Shown: piece after piece, positions 48,401 through 58,429 of the stretch
Layout: each line of letters starts with the position of its first letter
Numbering within the stretch: position 1 is the first letter of the stretch
DNA from: a virus
Virus record (IMG/VR): IMGVR_UViG_3300008267_000265
Span: 15,662 to 79,661 of that record
Direction: 5' to 3' (one strand)
DNA: 64,000 nucleotides
Translations under genes and position numbers: made by a program
Notes under the pieces: model-generated
Told to the model about the DNA's origin: nothing
The model's database searches: none
Seen by the model: only the letters and a program-made list of their open reading frames with translations

Positions 48401-50124
48401 TGGTAGTCATATCCACCGTACTCGTGTACTTGTAGAACGTCGTTTGGTATACCATAGGTCGTTACTAGCGCTCTAATACCTCTTTCGGTTCCTCTTGTCT
48501 TTAACAAGTAGGCTATATTGTGGTACAGGCGTTTGTATATTTCGTTGGTTATTTGTGTATTCGGTAAAGTAGCAATGCTTGATGTTATGTAGTTGGTTAT
48601 TACTTCTGATCCTGTTGGCGGTAGTAAGCTGCCATTAGGATTGATACCTAGCATTGAATAGTATATGTTATTTGATATGCTAGTATTTGTATATAACTTT
48701 ACACCTAACCCTCTAAGTGCATCTGCCACTTGATCCATTGATATACCTACAAATGGATTATTCTCTGCTGAGAACCTATTTGAAACATCCTTTAAGTAAA
48801 TCCAAATGTTGTCAAAGTGTTGACCTATCATGTTAAGGAATATCAAGTAAGGTTCGTTACTTGAGTCATCTGTTATATATGCTGGGGTTGTATATTCTAG
48901 TAGGTCTTTGTTGCTATCATCATAGGTGGATGCTAAGTAGTACATACTCATTGTTGTTGAAGTAGGTACTGTATTAATCGATCCTAGCCAATTTCTAGCT
49001 TGTGATGATGTTACTGAATATAGTGTGTACGGTTGAGTACTATTCTGTTTAGGCCATGCTGTGGAAGCTGATGTGTAATATAGGTAGTACTCGTAGCCAT
49101 CAAACTTCGTTATTATGTTATCAATAGTGTTTTGAAGTGCTATCTTTGCTGCTGCTGTGTTTGTTGTTTGTAGTCCAGCCGATGCCGATTCAATTAATTG
49201 TAGTTTGTATTCAAAGTTGGATAATCTCTCTGTTGCAGAGGAAAAGTGGATAAAGTTTGAAAAACTACTATAATCGACGTTAATTTGAATACCCTTTTCA
49301 TCCATCAACGACTGCAACTGTTGATATGATGAGGTTACCGCTGTGCTAAAAAGAGAGGTGTAGTTATAATACGGTGTTGTTTGGCTTACAGCATCATTGA
49401 TTGGCACTTTAAAGTTAGGGCCTCTCAACTGGAAAGCGGCAGCTTCTGGTTCTGGTTCAGCCTCTATTGATACATTAAATTCTGCTGGGTCTGCTACTGT
49501 TGTTACGACCCAGAAAGTTGACTTAATGTCAAATTCTATTGGTAAGGGTTCGTATAGCTTAAAGATGATGTATGCATCTTGACCTTCTTCAACGTATACT
49601 GCATTTACACCTATAATCTGGCGGTCCAATCCAAAGTTCAGTAGGAAATCTGGATAGTATGCATCGGCTGATAGTGCCGCGTTAAAATTAAGGAAAGCTG
49701 CTTGTAGATCACTGTTTGATAGGTCTTGCCTAGCTACTTTTATCTCAGTTCTAGATGTTGATATCTCCTTTATCCAAAAGGTTTGAGCTTGTGAAGATGC
49801 TAGCTGTCTTGAGAAAAAGTTGTATTTTATATTAACAACACCTCTATTATACCCTGCGTTTCTAGCGTCTGTTTCCGGATCTAAATATAGTACTGACGTA
49901 GTTCCTGTCGTAGGGTCTAAATCGCTGCCTATAGTATACTGTGTAGCACTGTAGTTGCTTGCTAACACTGCGTTTGATAGATCCTTAATATAGTACTCAA
50001 TATAATCGCTTGAGCCACCAAAAGTTCTTGTTATATTTGCAGTGTTTATTAAGGCCGTGTCAGATGGTTGATATACTTGGTATTCGCCATCGGAGCCTAA
50101 ATATGCAACTTTTACTATATCCAT
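45478..50124 (-). CDS. Large baseplate wedge protein, 1548 aa
   Basis: EIS.SRTE, F.HFSSA.ERL.NF.YK, MIGQHFD.IW, LLKTRGTERGIRAL (gp7/gpI-like KGT motif). Confidence 0.65.
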   Translation of the reverse strand: MDIVKVAYLGSDGEYQVYQPSDTALINTANITRTFGGSSDYIEYYIKDLSNAVLASNYSATQYTIGSDLDPTTGTTSVLYLDPETDARNAGYNRGVVNIKYNFFSRQLASSQAQTFWIKEISTSRTEIKVARQDLSNSDLQAAFLNFNAALSADAYYPDFLLNFGLDRQIIGVNAVYVEEGQDAYIIFKLYEPLPIEFDIKSTFWVVTTVADPAEFNVSIEAEPEPEAAAFQLRGPNFKVPINDAVSQTTPYYNYTSLFSTAVTSSYQQLQSLMDEKGIQINVDYSSFSNFIHFSSATERLSNFEYKLQLIESASAGLQTTNTAAAKIALQNTIDNIITKFDGYEYYLYYTSASTAWPKQNSTQPYTLYSVTSSQARNWLGSINTVPTSTTMSMYYLASTYDDSNKDLLEYTTPAYITDDSSNEPYLIFLNMIGQHFDNIWIYLKDVSNRFSAENNPFVGISMDQVADALRGLGVKLYTNTSISNNIYYSMLGINPNGSLLPPTGSEVITNYITSSIATLPNTQITNEIYKRLYHNIAYLLKTRGTERGIRALVTTYGIPNDVLQVHEYGGYDYQLVPGIQELTRTKILTSSFTPQIKSDLLTTNTTIQLYQNNLMKSSIDLEIGFSPADSINAAITSSGMITSSAQPGYFNIMQLIGDPQLQYSSSYTPLENLKDAYFAANYTSRYNVWDFIRLIKYYNNSLFKMLRDWVPARSSAATGIIIKSHLLERNKYPRHEPTYITSSNEGYYQMVIVSGSGGGCITTSTGYIQAIPVQYNYTASAPLALAPGTVYVASTDNVQQYNGELSGSSILMVEQPFDQQETSTYSNPPTSSIRGRSQIMFTTYSVSPLFENVSGAILSQRFLDLDYNGSQATPVNYGLITKSLEETALTGSVIQSQQPYSQYAQLQDFNYYLQSSINARYSGSTLIGRRYNVYTNGDLSYGNEPVINHYTNKLGFFTQIETSSFLPGKVNAKMAYLADVSGGLLELNQNNKNWQDVQNTFIAGTTLTIKQFDSQKYGNQSSTDGVKRVFNSGYSYTPRLYYNTSTDTDLYFQYAGEGESDTFVATNSPIPAPFPEDNSYISGVPTPFYKPTGPNNIVYNFFGAFDSGTGYETGSKTAPAFPKFTASQAAIKSFRTKLLISVQFTNVGQTAQLQWQLAKNGGSNYYTTSSIVTATQDPPVPTVLFLWYGSTQNQTNAIVAAPSGPVTFLAGPFTTYRKSPYIQNATQTLLGQSMGTPGSWIELQNYTLIARTSTGFQTIVQPGIVRRSSDLNNPIFARNLPLWNEQPSPINPYFVHDTLQGVTNPGLFKTLTFDQTSTPIRLEPSDYVEFKYRFIPSTSRYTASVAPGQNSLLTAITAGGGTTYASASAGSGFITSIINTTTAEASITFNNSISQYTDYEFVPYFESGSTIYSSSLYTQYGDVNSQMAPIAGDTMVLQDDNGTTQTYEVLSSQIQQTSPTSPRSMVVDVVPNVVTNWVNDPSLITRVLILRKYKDEQNIVLTFNKQTGATSYGFLIPDQTNPTVTAQINTLQSAIQSQLLENQNTPG

Positions 50125-50468
50125 TATACTATATTATTTAAACTCAAGTAGTTTTGATTTGCTTCTAGCAACTGCTGTCTTAGTGAATTAATTTCTTCAA
50201 TGTATGCCAACTCACTATCTGTCATAACAGTACCGCCTATGTATTCGCTACTTCTTTTTACTAGATACTCATGCGAGTTCACTGCTCCTGTTACAGGGAT
50301 CTGGAAGAAGAGCTGCTCGTAGAAGTCAAAAAACTGCTCAACTGTAATTTGATCTGCTGCTGCAGATCCTGTAACTTCTACATATAGTTCGCTAAAAGAC
50401 GTATCGATTACTCTCGTGTAAGTGTTACGTCCGTATACTTCTTTTACTAAATTAACTGGTTGTTGCAT
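50124..50468 (-). CDS. Hypothetical baseplate-module protein
   Basis: IDTSF.EL, FF..Y..LF..IP..G..NSH.YL..S..Y motif. Confidence 0.6.
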   Translation of the reverse strand: MQQPVNLVKEVYGRNTYTRVIDTSFSELYVEVTGSAAADQITVEQFFDFYEQLFFQIPVTGAVNSHEYLVKRSSEYIGGTVMTDSELAYIEEINSLRQQLLEANQNYLSLNNIV

Positions 50469-50469
50469 A

Positions 50470-51810
50470 CTATCCTATCAATTTAAACATTAGATTTTGA
50501 CCACTATAGATTACTTCTTCTGCTGGTAGTAGCCTTAAGTCCTCCGGTCCGTATAATGATAGTGCGTTATAAATTGATTGCTCATTATCGTATACTGATA
50601 GTGGTCCGAAGGTAGTCGAATATATCTTCGTTTTAATTAATATACGATAATATCTATTAATTTCCAACCCACTTGTATATAAAGTAAAATAATTACTAAC
50701 ACTATCTGCACTTAACTTTGTATATTCGCTATCAAAGTCTACTACCATTTCATTCGTCTTAGCATCCTGTATTGCCCAGTATGTTTCCTCTGAAAAATAT
50801 AAATTCTGTAGATAGACTGAGGATGTTGTAAATTGTCTGGCTGGGTAAGTATTTCTTACCCCTGTTCTCATTTTATAAACTTCGTTCTGCCTAAGCTCTC
50901 CTGGGTTATTGATCAGTGTTACAGTTATTTGATCGTTTAGTACGTAGTTCGTTCCTTGCGGATAGTAGTATGCGTCGGCCCACTTAAACTCAATAGCTGG
51001 TGGGTATATTGTGTGAGTATCGACTGAGAAGAACTTTAAGTCTATAAACGATCCTGAGTTTTCTTCTATTGCAAATGGATGCTTTAAGATAATACCATAG
51101 TTAGGTATTGATCCTGATATCCATGCATCTACAATATTTGTGACATCCATATTGATGTCTTTATTGCTCATGTAATCAAAGCTCTGTGTTGCGCCGTAAT
51201 AGGTATACCAGGCTCCTCCTCCGTTTGGTAATGCTGGCGGTACGCTATTCCAATTTACAGGAATGTTGTTCCAAAAATTTGTTATGTTTTGCCACAATAC
51301 GTTGATGCCGTAGCTACCCGACCATGGAGCTGATCCGCTGTATGGACCTGTATAATCCCAACATACACCGTTTCTCTGCTCCGGTACATTTGCGTACATT
51401 CCAGTACCCATCTCCCATGATTGCGATACTGCGTAAGCTTCAATGGTGTATAATGTATTTAGGTTTTGAGCAGTTGCTAAACTTAACTGTAAAGATGCTT
51501 TCCAAGATCCACTAATTGATTGTGATGCAAAGTTTTGTAACTTTAATATGTCAGCATTTGAGAATTGTAGTAGTGGTCTTCTAATATCTGGTGTTGCTGG
51601 AACACTAAGTGGGATACTATAGTTATCGTTTACTGCTAAGTCGTAGTTGTAATAAGGTGATTTTGTCAACGGACTACGCTCAATAAACCTTAACGGGTCT
51701 TGTGAATTCTTCGCTGAGATTTCCAATATTTCATCTCTACCAGTATTCTTAGCTGGATATGATGAATAGACTGTTGCGTCTGCTGATGGAAAGATTTTAT
51801 ATATTGCCAT
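50470..51810 (-). CDS. Virion structural protein (DNRLRE-like)
   Basis: MAIYKIFP..DAT.YS..P..NTG.DEILE, W..GTG, DVT..V..W, NYG.ILK, FFS.DTHTIYPP. Confidence 0.6.
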   Translation of the reverse strand: MAIYKIFPSADATVYSSYPAKNTGRDEILEISAKNSQDPLRFIERSPLTKSPYYNYDLAVNDNYSIPLSVPATPDIRRPLLQFSNADILKLQNFASQSISGSWKASLQLSLATAQNLNTLYTIEAYAVSQSWEMGTGMYANVPEQRNGVCWDYTGPYSGSAPWSGSYGINVLWQNITNFWNNIPVNWNSVPPALPNGGGAWYTYYGATQSFDYMSNKDINMDVTNIVDAWISGSIPNYGIILKHPFAIEENSGSFIDLKFFSVDTHTIYPPAIEFKWADAYYYPQGTNYVLNDQITVTLINNPGELRQNEVYKMRTGVRNTYPARQFTTSSVYLQNLYFSEETYWAIQDAKTNEMVVDFDSEYTKLSADSVSNYFTLYTSGLEINRYYRILIKTKIYSTTFGPLSVYDNEQSIYNALSLYGPEDLRLLPAEEVIYSGQNLMFKLIG

Positions 51811-51812
51811 AA

Positions 51813-53669
51813 TTACATTGTTACTACTCGTCCTTGAATATCTGTGTCTGGGTATTTAACTTCAAAGATACTTGGATCTAGTGATGGATAAATTACACCG
51901 TTCAGTGTTGCTGCTGATATGTCGTAACTATATTGAGAGTAACCTGTTGATAATCCTGATAGGTTGCTGATTGTGACGTTTTGTACTGTTTGCACTCCTG
52001 CAACTCTATCGAGAAGTGTGTAGATCTCTGACGTAATGATTGGTTGGTTTATCTGCCAATTATCTCTTTTAAAATAGTCTTTTAGTGTTGTTAAGCACAT
52101 CGCTAACACCTCTCTCGTTGTGTAGTCAGGGCGTATGATTATATCAAAACCTACTTGAATATTAATTATGTAAGCTGGTTTCAGTAAAATTGTATCGGTC
52201 AGCATTCTATACTCTCCTAGGTAGGTTTGAATATTCTGTAGTAATGCCGGTTCTGGATTTGTAAAAGAGCCGTCTGTGTTGTAAGTCAACAGATATAATG
52301 ATGTAGCTAGTGCATCAGTCTCCCCTGGTTCATTCAATAAATATTGCGCAAAGACAGCGGAATCCTTTGTTACATATGCCTTTGCTACCTGTCCAAATTT
52401 AGCTGGCATTCCAAGCACCATTCCTAGATAATCTTGCTGCGTTACAGCTCTCATTTGTGATGGAAATTTAGCTAGTGTATTTAACTTTAGCTGACTTGCA
52501 CTATCTCCATCTCCGCCTCCTACAGCAACCTCTGGATTATTAATTGCGAGTGTTCCTTGAATTGCTGTTGCTATTGCTGGGTTTACTGGATTAGGGAATG
52601 ACGGTGTTACTTGTGCAATATTCGTTAGTTCGTTACTTTGCACATTTGCACTTGCGCCACCACCTACCAAGTAGGTTACTGTTAGGGTTGTATTAGACGG
52701 TGGTAAGCCGTATGAATCATTTGATACGAAGTTTGTTGGATCAAAAGCTGTTGTTAGTAGATCTAATCCATTAACTGTACCTATTCCAACATTAAATGGA
52801 TTTGGTAACGATCCTGATGCAGCAATAACACCTGCGCCAAATTCTAATTCTAATATCTTGCTGGTGCTGAACCTCGATACAAATCTTCTAGGTACTGGTA
52901 ATTTTTCTAGAATGTACGGTACCTGATTTGCTTGCTGGTATAGACTCGGATAATTAACAGCTGTATTTTGTACTGGATTCAAAATGTAATCTTGCGCCAA
53001 GTATGGTACTTCATACCATCTGTTACCATTGCTATCGTATACACTAAGTATCTCAATTATGTTGTCGTCTTGAATAGTTCTAAATGCAAATCTCTCAGCA
53101 CTTCCAAAAGATAATGTTGCTGTTTTAACTTGACCTGATATAGCTTGTGTTGTCTTTTTTAAGAGATATGTATTCGGATTACCACCTACCGTAGTGTAAA
53201 CAGATATCTCCATTGGATCGGCGGATGAGGATACGTTAAAATCTACCTTATTTGGACAATAGAAAAAATTAGTTGTGCTTACGTTGGATCTAACTTGCAT
53301 ACCTTCTTGAAGCGTCATTGCATAGTTTAAGTTAGGATTGTAGGCTGCGTCTGCTGGGACCTCTTGATAAACGTCTAAGTTCACAATAGCTGCAGATGTA
53401 ACTTTTGGCCTATATCCAAACATGTAAGCTAAGCTATATAAGCTATTTGTCTGCTTTGCGTACTCTATAAACGTTTCTTGTAGTTGATTATCTAAATAGA
53501 AGGATAATACATCTCCAACATAAGCTGCCATCTCAATAAACATCGTTCCTGGCGATGAAGTTGAGAAGTCGTTGTATGCGGTTGGATAGTATGCTTTTGC
53601 ATACTCAATTAGTGCCTGCCTAAAGCTATCAAAGTCTTTATTTAGGTATTTTATATCCTTATTGGCCAT
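51813..53669 (-). CDS. Baseplate wedge protein (T4 gp6 / baseplate J-like)
   Basis: YLNKDF..FR..L, YNDFS..SPG.MFIE..AYVGDVLSFY.D, GG...N, GG.D, RAVT..DY. Confidence 0.9.
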   Translation of the reverse strand: MANKDIKYLNKDFDSFRQALIEYAKAYYPTAYNDFSTSSPGTMFIEMAAYVGDVLSFYLDNQLQETFIEYAKQTNSLYSLAYMFGYRPKVTSAAIVNLDVYQEVPADAAYNPNLNYAMTLQEGMQVRSNVSTTNFFYCPNKVDFNVSSSADPMEISVYTTVGGNPNTYLLKKTTQAISGQVKTATLSFGSAERFAFRTIQDDNIIEILSVYDSNGNRWYEVPYLAQDYILNPVQNTAVNYPSLYQQANQVPYILEKLPVPRRFVSRFSTSKILELEFGAGVIAASGSLPNPFNVGIGTVNGLDLLTTAFDPTNFVSNDSYGLPPSNTTLTVTYLVGGGASANVQSNELTNIAQVTPSFPNPVNPAIATAIQGTLAINNPEVAVGGGDGDSASQLKLNTLAKFPSQMRAVTQQDYLGMVLGMPAKFGQVAKAYVTKDSAVFAQYLLNEPGETDALATSLYLLTYNTDGSFTNPEPALLQNIQTYLGEYRMLTDTILLKPAYIINIQVGFDIIIRPDYTTREVLAMCLTTLKDYFKRDNWQINQPIITSEIYTLLDRVAGVQTVQNVTISNLSGLSTGYSQYSYDISAATLNGVIYPSLDPSIFEVKYPDTDIQGRVVTM

Positions 53670-54072
53670 TTAGATTAAGTATTATATTATCTGATTCTCT
53701 CGTATTAACTATTGTATACGAAAATTGAATTACTATTAAGTTACTGTCCGGGTTGCCACCCACATCTAGAGTTGTTATACTCACATTAGGAAAGTAATTT
53801 TCTACTCCTGTCCTTATCTGTGCTTCCAACTTATCTAATGTTTCTGTACTAATCTGCTCAAACAATGTCTGTCTTATACCTGCTCCAAATCTAGGTACAA
53901 ATACTCTTTCACGTGGATCAGTTAGTAAGAAATTTATAATGTTATATTTTAGCTGCTCCTTAGTAGTATATACCGTTGTAAAGACTGACGGACTTGAGAA
54001 CGGTAGTGCAACTCCGACCCCAGTTGATGGTCTTAGATCTAAAACATTTATATTTCGTAAATTATACGCCAT
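53659..54072 (-). CDS. Baseplate gp25 / GPW-like protein
   Basis: KYNIINFLLTDPRERVFVPRFGAGIRQTLFE. Confidence 0.85.
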   Translation of the reverse strand: MAYNLRNINVLDLRPSTGVGVALPFSSPSVFTTVYTTKEQLKYNIINFLLTDPRERVFVPRFGAGIRQTLFEQISTETLDKLEAQIRTGVENYFPNVSITTLDVGGNPDSNLIVIQFSYTIVNTRESDNIILNLNGQ

Positions 54073-54509
54073 TAAATTTCTCCGTTTGCTTTCATTTTAG
54101 CCATCAATCCTGAAAAGTCTGGTACCGCATTTATCTCTATTGCATCTAAGTTCGAACTAGGTCTTGCTGATGCAAACATTCCGTTTACTGATTCTACAAT
54201 AGGTACATCTCTTTCTACACCGGCTCCTCCACCTAAACTGTCTAAATCGTTGTCTGTCATCGACTGAGCAGTTTCAGCAAGTAAGCTGTTTAAGGGGTTC
54301 CCTACACCTAAATTAGGAGCAATTACTCTAGGTTGTGCTGTATTAAGTGTTGCTGGTACTTGTGGTTGTTTTTTAGGTCTGGCCGCTTCTGTGATAGGTG
54401 CACCTTTATTGACCATAATAGCTTCTTTTAAGATACCTGCTAACTCTTCTTGAAACACAGCTTTTACCTCTTCTCTAATGATCTTTCTAAGTAAATCTAA
54501 TTTTGCCAT
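54072..54509 (-). CDS. Hypothetical protein
   Basis: MAKLDLLRKIIREEV leader; NSLLAETA; DFSGLM motifs. Confidence 0.6.
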   Translation of the reverse strand: MAKLDLLRKIIREEVKAVFQEELAGILKEAIMVNKGAPITEAARPKKQPQVPATLNTAQPRVIAPNLGVGNPLNSLLAETAQSMTDNDLDSLGGGAGVERDVPIVESVNGMFASARPSSNLDAIEINAVPDFSGLMAKMKANGEI

Positions 54510-54556
54510 ATAGTTATAAATATTTCTTTTTATGTATTTTAGTCGTAAAACTTTAA

Positions 54557-56632
54557 TTAGCCACCACGCTCTAACTCAGCAATTTTTCTTTCTGCTGCTC
54601 TTATTTCACTTCTTTTTTGTAATATTATTGCTGCTACTGTTGGTGTAACTCCGGCTGCTGCTAATTTGAGAATGTCGTCTCTTAAGTAGCTTATTTTGAT
54701 CTTTTCTGCAGCTATTAAATCCTGTCTTGCGGACGCTGTTAACTTGGCTGTAGTCTTACTTGTGAAGCTACCCTTTGGATCTTCTGCTTGTAGTGATTTA
54801 GCCAACTTGGCTTTTTCTTCAGCCTGTGCTCTCCTTACTCTACGCCTTAATCTCTTACCACCTTTCAACTTATTAATAAAGGCATTCAATCCGATACCTT
54901 CGTTTTCATTCTCGTTGTCTGGACTATCTATCTCTGTTAACGGTCCAGTTAAATCGTCTAGGGATTCGTCTTCAGTATCTAGGAATCTTGATGACTCAGC
55001 TAGGATTGCTGCTTGGTCAATAGTTAGTGCTTGATACTGGCTTGGTGCTAACCCAGCTGAAATTAGCTTCAACCGCACTTCCTGTATAATAACTTGTATA
55101 TCCGTTGCAAAAGTTAGATCAGATTGAACGACTATCGCTTCGTTTTTATCTAAAGCTATGCCTCTTCTGCGTTTGTTCGGTATTGATTGATCAGTTACTT
55201 GTTCATCAACAACGACTATTGTGTAGTCGCCAAAGCTGATGCTCTCTGATTCGTTTTTTGAATCGTAATTAGTTATGTAGGTTTCTAGTTGCTCTTTTAA
55301 TGTTTGTAGTGCATTTCTTGTACTAGCTAATTCTGCTATTATATCGGAATCCTTGAATGACTCACAGGTCTCTAGATTTTGTAACAAGATAGTCAATCTA
55401 ATTAACAGCTCGTTTGCATTAGTGAGGAGGTATCTGACAAATATCAAGATAGCATCCATCAGTCCATTAATCTGCTTTAGCAGCCTTGTTATACCATCAG
55501 TTTGTTTCTGAGCTGCTTCTCTTCCCGCATCCAATGCTGTCTGTATACCTGATGTTGTAAATAAGTTTGGTAACGGATTTGCGATGAAGAAAGCTATTAT
55601 AAATTTAAAAACCTTTGTTAAAAGGATTGCCAACCTAATGATCAACTGTATTGACCGTATGATAGTCTGCAGTCTCTCAGCCATTTTAATAAATGACCGA
55701 AGCGACTTATTTATGTCTCGTAGTGTTGGTACGATCTTTGTAGCATCTACATACTTATTTAGCTTTTGTATTTCACTTCTAATATCTACTCCTAAGAAAT
55801 TACCGGCAACAGCAAGTCCACTTTGTATATCTAGATTTTGAATCGTTACACAGACCGCTCTAACTGTTTGTATTTTTCTCTCTATTTTATCTAGGTCGCT
55901 GATTGGTATACTCCTATAATCAGCGTATGTGTTTACTTTAGCTACAAAATCATTTATAATATTTAGATTACCGCTTATGCCCGGTATAACTGATAAGTCT
56001 TGTAATTCTTGTGCTGAAAATAACGCTCTCTCTGAAGTGCTTGTTGGGGAGAAGGTATCCTGTATATCTTTTAGTAGGTTGTATATATTAAACTGTTTTA
56101 TAGCTGTGCCTGCTAGATCGTTGATGCTATTTGGTGTTGCTGATCCTGTAATAGCCTCCTCTGGTGATTGTGCGTTAGGTCCAATGCCTGCATACCTACC
56201 TATTATCGTATTTGGAAAAGCTGTGTACTTATCGATTGCCACTACAACCGCTCCTGCTTGATCTTGTAAAAAATATAGCGAAGTTTGAGCTGCGTTCCAT
56301 GGCTTTTCTGGTCTTGGGTTTTTTCTAAGACGTAGTTGTGAATTATCTGCTAAGTAGGTTACAACATTACATAAGTCAACTGTATTAAGTGCATCTAAAG
56401 CGTTAAATAATCCTGAGTCTATTAAGTTGCCTTTAACAGGTCTTGATGGTGGAGGGGGTGGTGTTGATTGATACTGTACCGCTCCCGCCTTTGCATCGTA
56501 CTTGGCTGTTGCGACTGGCTGTTTATTACCACGACCCCATAATACCTTATTAATATTGGCCTGCAGGGTTCCAAGGCTTTTTGAAAAGCCGTTTATTACA
56601 TTTGATAATCCTTCTCCTGCGCTCTTAGCCAT
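54557..56632 (-). CDS. Hypothetical helical baseplate-module protein
   Basis: 691 aa with a hydrophobic helix region and RRRGIA...SD.TF motif. Confidence 0.55.
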   Translation of the reverse strand: MAKSAGEGLSNVINGFSKSLGTLQANINKVLWGRGNKQPVATAKYDAKAGAVQYQSTPPPPPSRPVKGNLIDSGLFNALDALNTVDLCNVVTYLADNSQLRLRKNPRPEKPWNAAQTSLYFLQDQAGAVVVAIDKYTAFPNTIIGRYAGIGPNAQSPEEAITGSATPNSINDLAGTAIKQFNIYNLLKDIQDTFSPTSTSERALFSAQELQDLSVIPGISGNLNIINDFVAKVNTYADYRSIPISDLDKIERKIQTVRAVCVTIQNLDIQSGLAVAGNFLGVDIRSEIQKLNKYVDATKIVPTLRDINKSLRSFIKMAERLQTIIRSIQLIIRLAILLTKVFKFIIAFFIANPLPNLFTTSGIQTALDAGREAAQKQTDGITRLLKQINGLMDAILIFVRYLLTNANELLIRLTILLQNLETCESFKDSDIIAELASTRNALQTLKEQLETYITNYDSKNESESISFGDYTIVVVDEQVTDQSIPNKRRRGIALDKNEAIVVQSDLTFATDIQVIIQEVRLKLISAGLAPSQYQALTIDQAAILAESSRFLDTEDESLDDLTGPLTEIDSPDNENENEGIGLNAFINKLKGGKRLRRRVRRAQAEEKAKLAKSLQAEDPKGSFTSKTTAKLTASARQDLIAAEKIKISYLRDDILKLAAAGVTPTVAAIILQKRSEIRAAERKIAELERGG

Positions 56633-57063
56633 TACTTAGTATAGGTATTTTGTGATTTACAATTATCTAACCTTGTTTTTATACTTGGTATTTCCTTCGC
56701 TAGATATTCGCTTGTTGATTGAATTAATGGCACTGCTGCAGCTAGCTCCTCAGGTACCCACGATATTTTTGATAGTGCATTACTTAAGTTTTGAACAGCA
56801 TCTAGTAGTATTCCTATCTGTACTAGTGTACTACTACCTAATAAAACAGGTTCTCCTTTTGCTTCTGCTTCGTAACCTAATTCAATTTTAGGCGATGCTA
56901 TTATAGTTCTCTCATTTGCATCTATATTAAAAGTAGCTGGTGTGGATATTCCAACTCCTTTCTTACCAAATAAGAATATCATATCGTCTTTCGAATGTGT
57001 TACAACTCTACCTGAAGATATGATTACTTGGTTGCCTAAATATGGAAAGTCTGGTTTATACAT
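56632..57063 (-). CDS. Baseplate spike-associated protein (gp5 C-terminal-like)
   Basis: QVIISSGRV....K.D, I.LG......EPVLLG, S...YT. Confidence 0.55.
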   Translation of the reverse strand: MYKPDFPYLGNQVIISSGRVVTHSKDDMIFLFGKKGVGISTPATFNIDANERTIIASPKIELGYEAEAKGEPVLLGSSTLVQIGILLDAVQNLSNALSKISWVPEELAAAVPLIQSTSEYLAKEIPSIKTRLDNCKSQNTYTK

Positions 57064-58061
57064 TATTGGTTTGATTCATTTGAAAATATACCTAAGTTAT
57101 TAGTCTGTTTATTGAAATCACTAACAAATTGATCTTGAGCTGCTGGTGAAATCATATCGTAGCTTGTCAGCTGCTGCTGTATTGGTATCGATGTTGTTTG
57201 TGTACTTTCCAGGCTTGTTTGCCAGCTAGCTAATGAAAAATTAGCTTGGATGTCATCTATCACAATCCTCTGTCCCATCGTTAAATAAATTGATGATGCA
57301 TCCCTATTAATATTCTCAATAGTTGGTATCCATGCTGTTTTATCTAACTGCGGTCCTTGACCGTTTCTAATTATGGTGATTGGATTTCCAATACTACCTG
57401 TATCTGACCAGTAGTTGTCATTACTTTTGTTTGGTGACGTTGATCCAAATCTAATAGAATTACCCCATCTACCTTCCAATGTAACGTCTCCTGTAAATAT
57501 TCGAAGTGGCTTTATATCCGACTTTTCATAAAAATTAGGTCCAAGTGGATATACTATAGAACTCGATACTGATGTATTGTTTGCTCTATTGGTTGCTTTA
57601 TTTTGTTCGTATGTACTCGTGGTTGAGTTCGCAAATTGACCGTAATCACCTAAATCAGGTAATGCATTGTGGTGAGCAGCTCCCCATAGATCAAACGGAT
57701 TAGTGTAGTAATAGTCAATTTGATTTCTAGTCTCATTTAATCGTTGGCTTGGACCTGCTACTATTTGAACAAACTCACCTTCTACGGGTATATGTTTGAT
57801 AGCTGAATTAAGTGGTTTTGCAGGTAAGTTACCGGCACTATCTGCTGTTCTATCTTGATTGCCTTTTAAAAACTGAAAAGTTATTTTTCCTAAGTCTTTC
57901 GGGTTCTTATAATAAACATCGCGTAGTGTTGTTCCCGCTATAAACGGACCTGTAACAACATGAGTAACTCTGGCAACCATTACAGTGTTGCCCTGCCCTT
58001 GCTGCGGCTGCTGTGTTAGCAGTGCATTTTGTTGAGCTATGGTTAAATTTAAGTTTGACAT
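57063..58061 (-). CDS. Baseplate hub/spike protein (gp5 N-terminal-like)
   Basis: P..GE.V.I, HHNALP, GD..LEGRWGNSIRFGS, GNPITIIRNGQ, ENIN.D.SSIYLT. Confidence 0.6.
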   Translation of the reverse strand: MSNLNLTIAQQNALLTQQPQQGQGNTVMVARVTHVVTGPFIAGTTLRDVYYKNPKDLGKITFQFLKGNQDRTADSAGNLPAKPLNSAIKHIPVEGEFVQIVAGPSQRLNETRNQIDYYYTNPFDLWGAAHHNALPDLGDYGQFANSTTSTYEQNKATNRANNTSVSSSIVYPLGPNFYEKSDIKPLRIFTGDVTLEGRWGNSIRFGSTSPNKSNDNYWSDTGSIGNPITIIRNGQGPQLDKTAWIPTIENINRDASSIYLTMGQRIVIDDIQANFSLASWQTSLESTQTTSIPIQQQLTSYDMISPAAQDQFVSDFNKQTNNLGIFSNESNQ

Positions 58062-58429
58062 TACTGATCGATAGGTGGTAGTTCTTTTACATCTTTCTGA
58101 TCTAGTGGTGCCGTGCTCTTCTGTATATCGTTAAATAACAGCTCTAAATCTTTATCACTAAAAGCACCACTATCTCCAGCAGCTGGCTGATTTGCTTTTT
58201 GAGCTATTTGAGCTAATTTAAGCAATGCTTCGTCATTCTTGATGTCCGAATCAAGATACCCCTTTATCAGGGGTACTAACATGATAGCATCGCCAGGCTC
58301 ACTAACCATTTCGGTTAGCTGCTCAATCAATGCTTTTATCTGTGACTGCTTGCTTTTGTGGTTCTTTACAATATCCTTTAGTAGATCGGAATATTTCTTA
58401 CCATCGTATAAATCGAATTCTAACTCCAT
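58061..58429 (-). CDS. Conserved hypothetical protein
   Basis: GDA..LVPLIK.YLD...KND..L.KLA.I.Q motif. Confidence 0.6.
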   Translation of the reverse strand: MELEFDLYDGKKYSDLLKDIVKNHKSKQSQIKALIEQLTEMVSEPGDAIMLVPLIKGYLDSDIKNDEALLKLAQIAQKANQPAAGDSGAFSDKDLELLFNDIQKSTAPLDQKDVKELPPIDQ

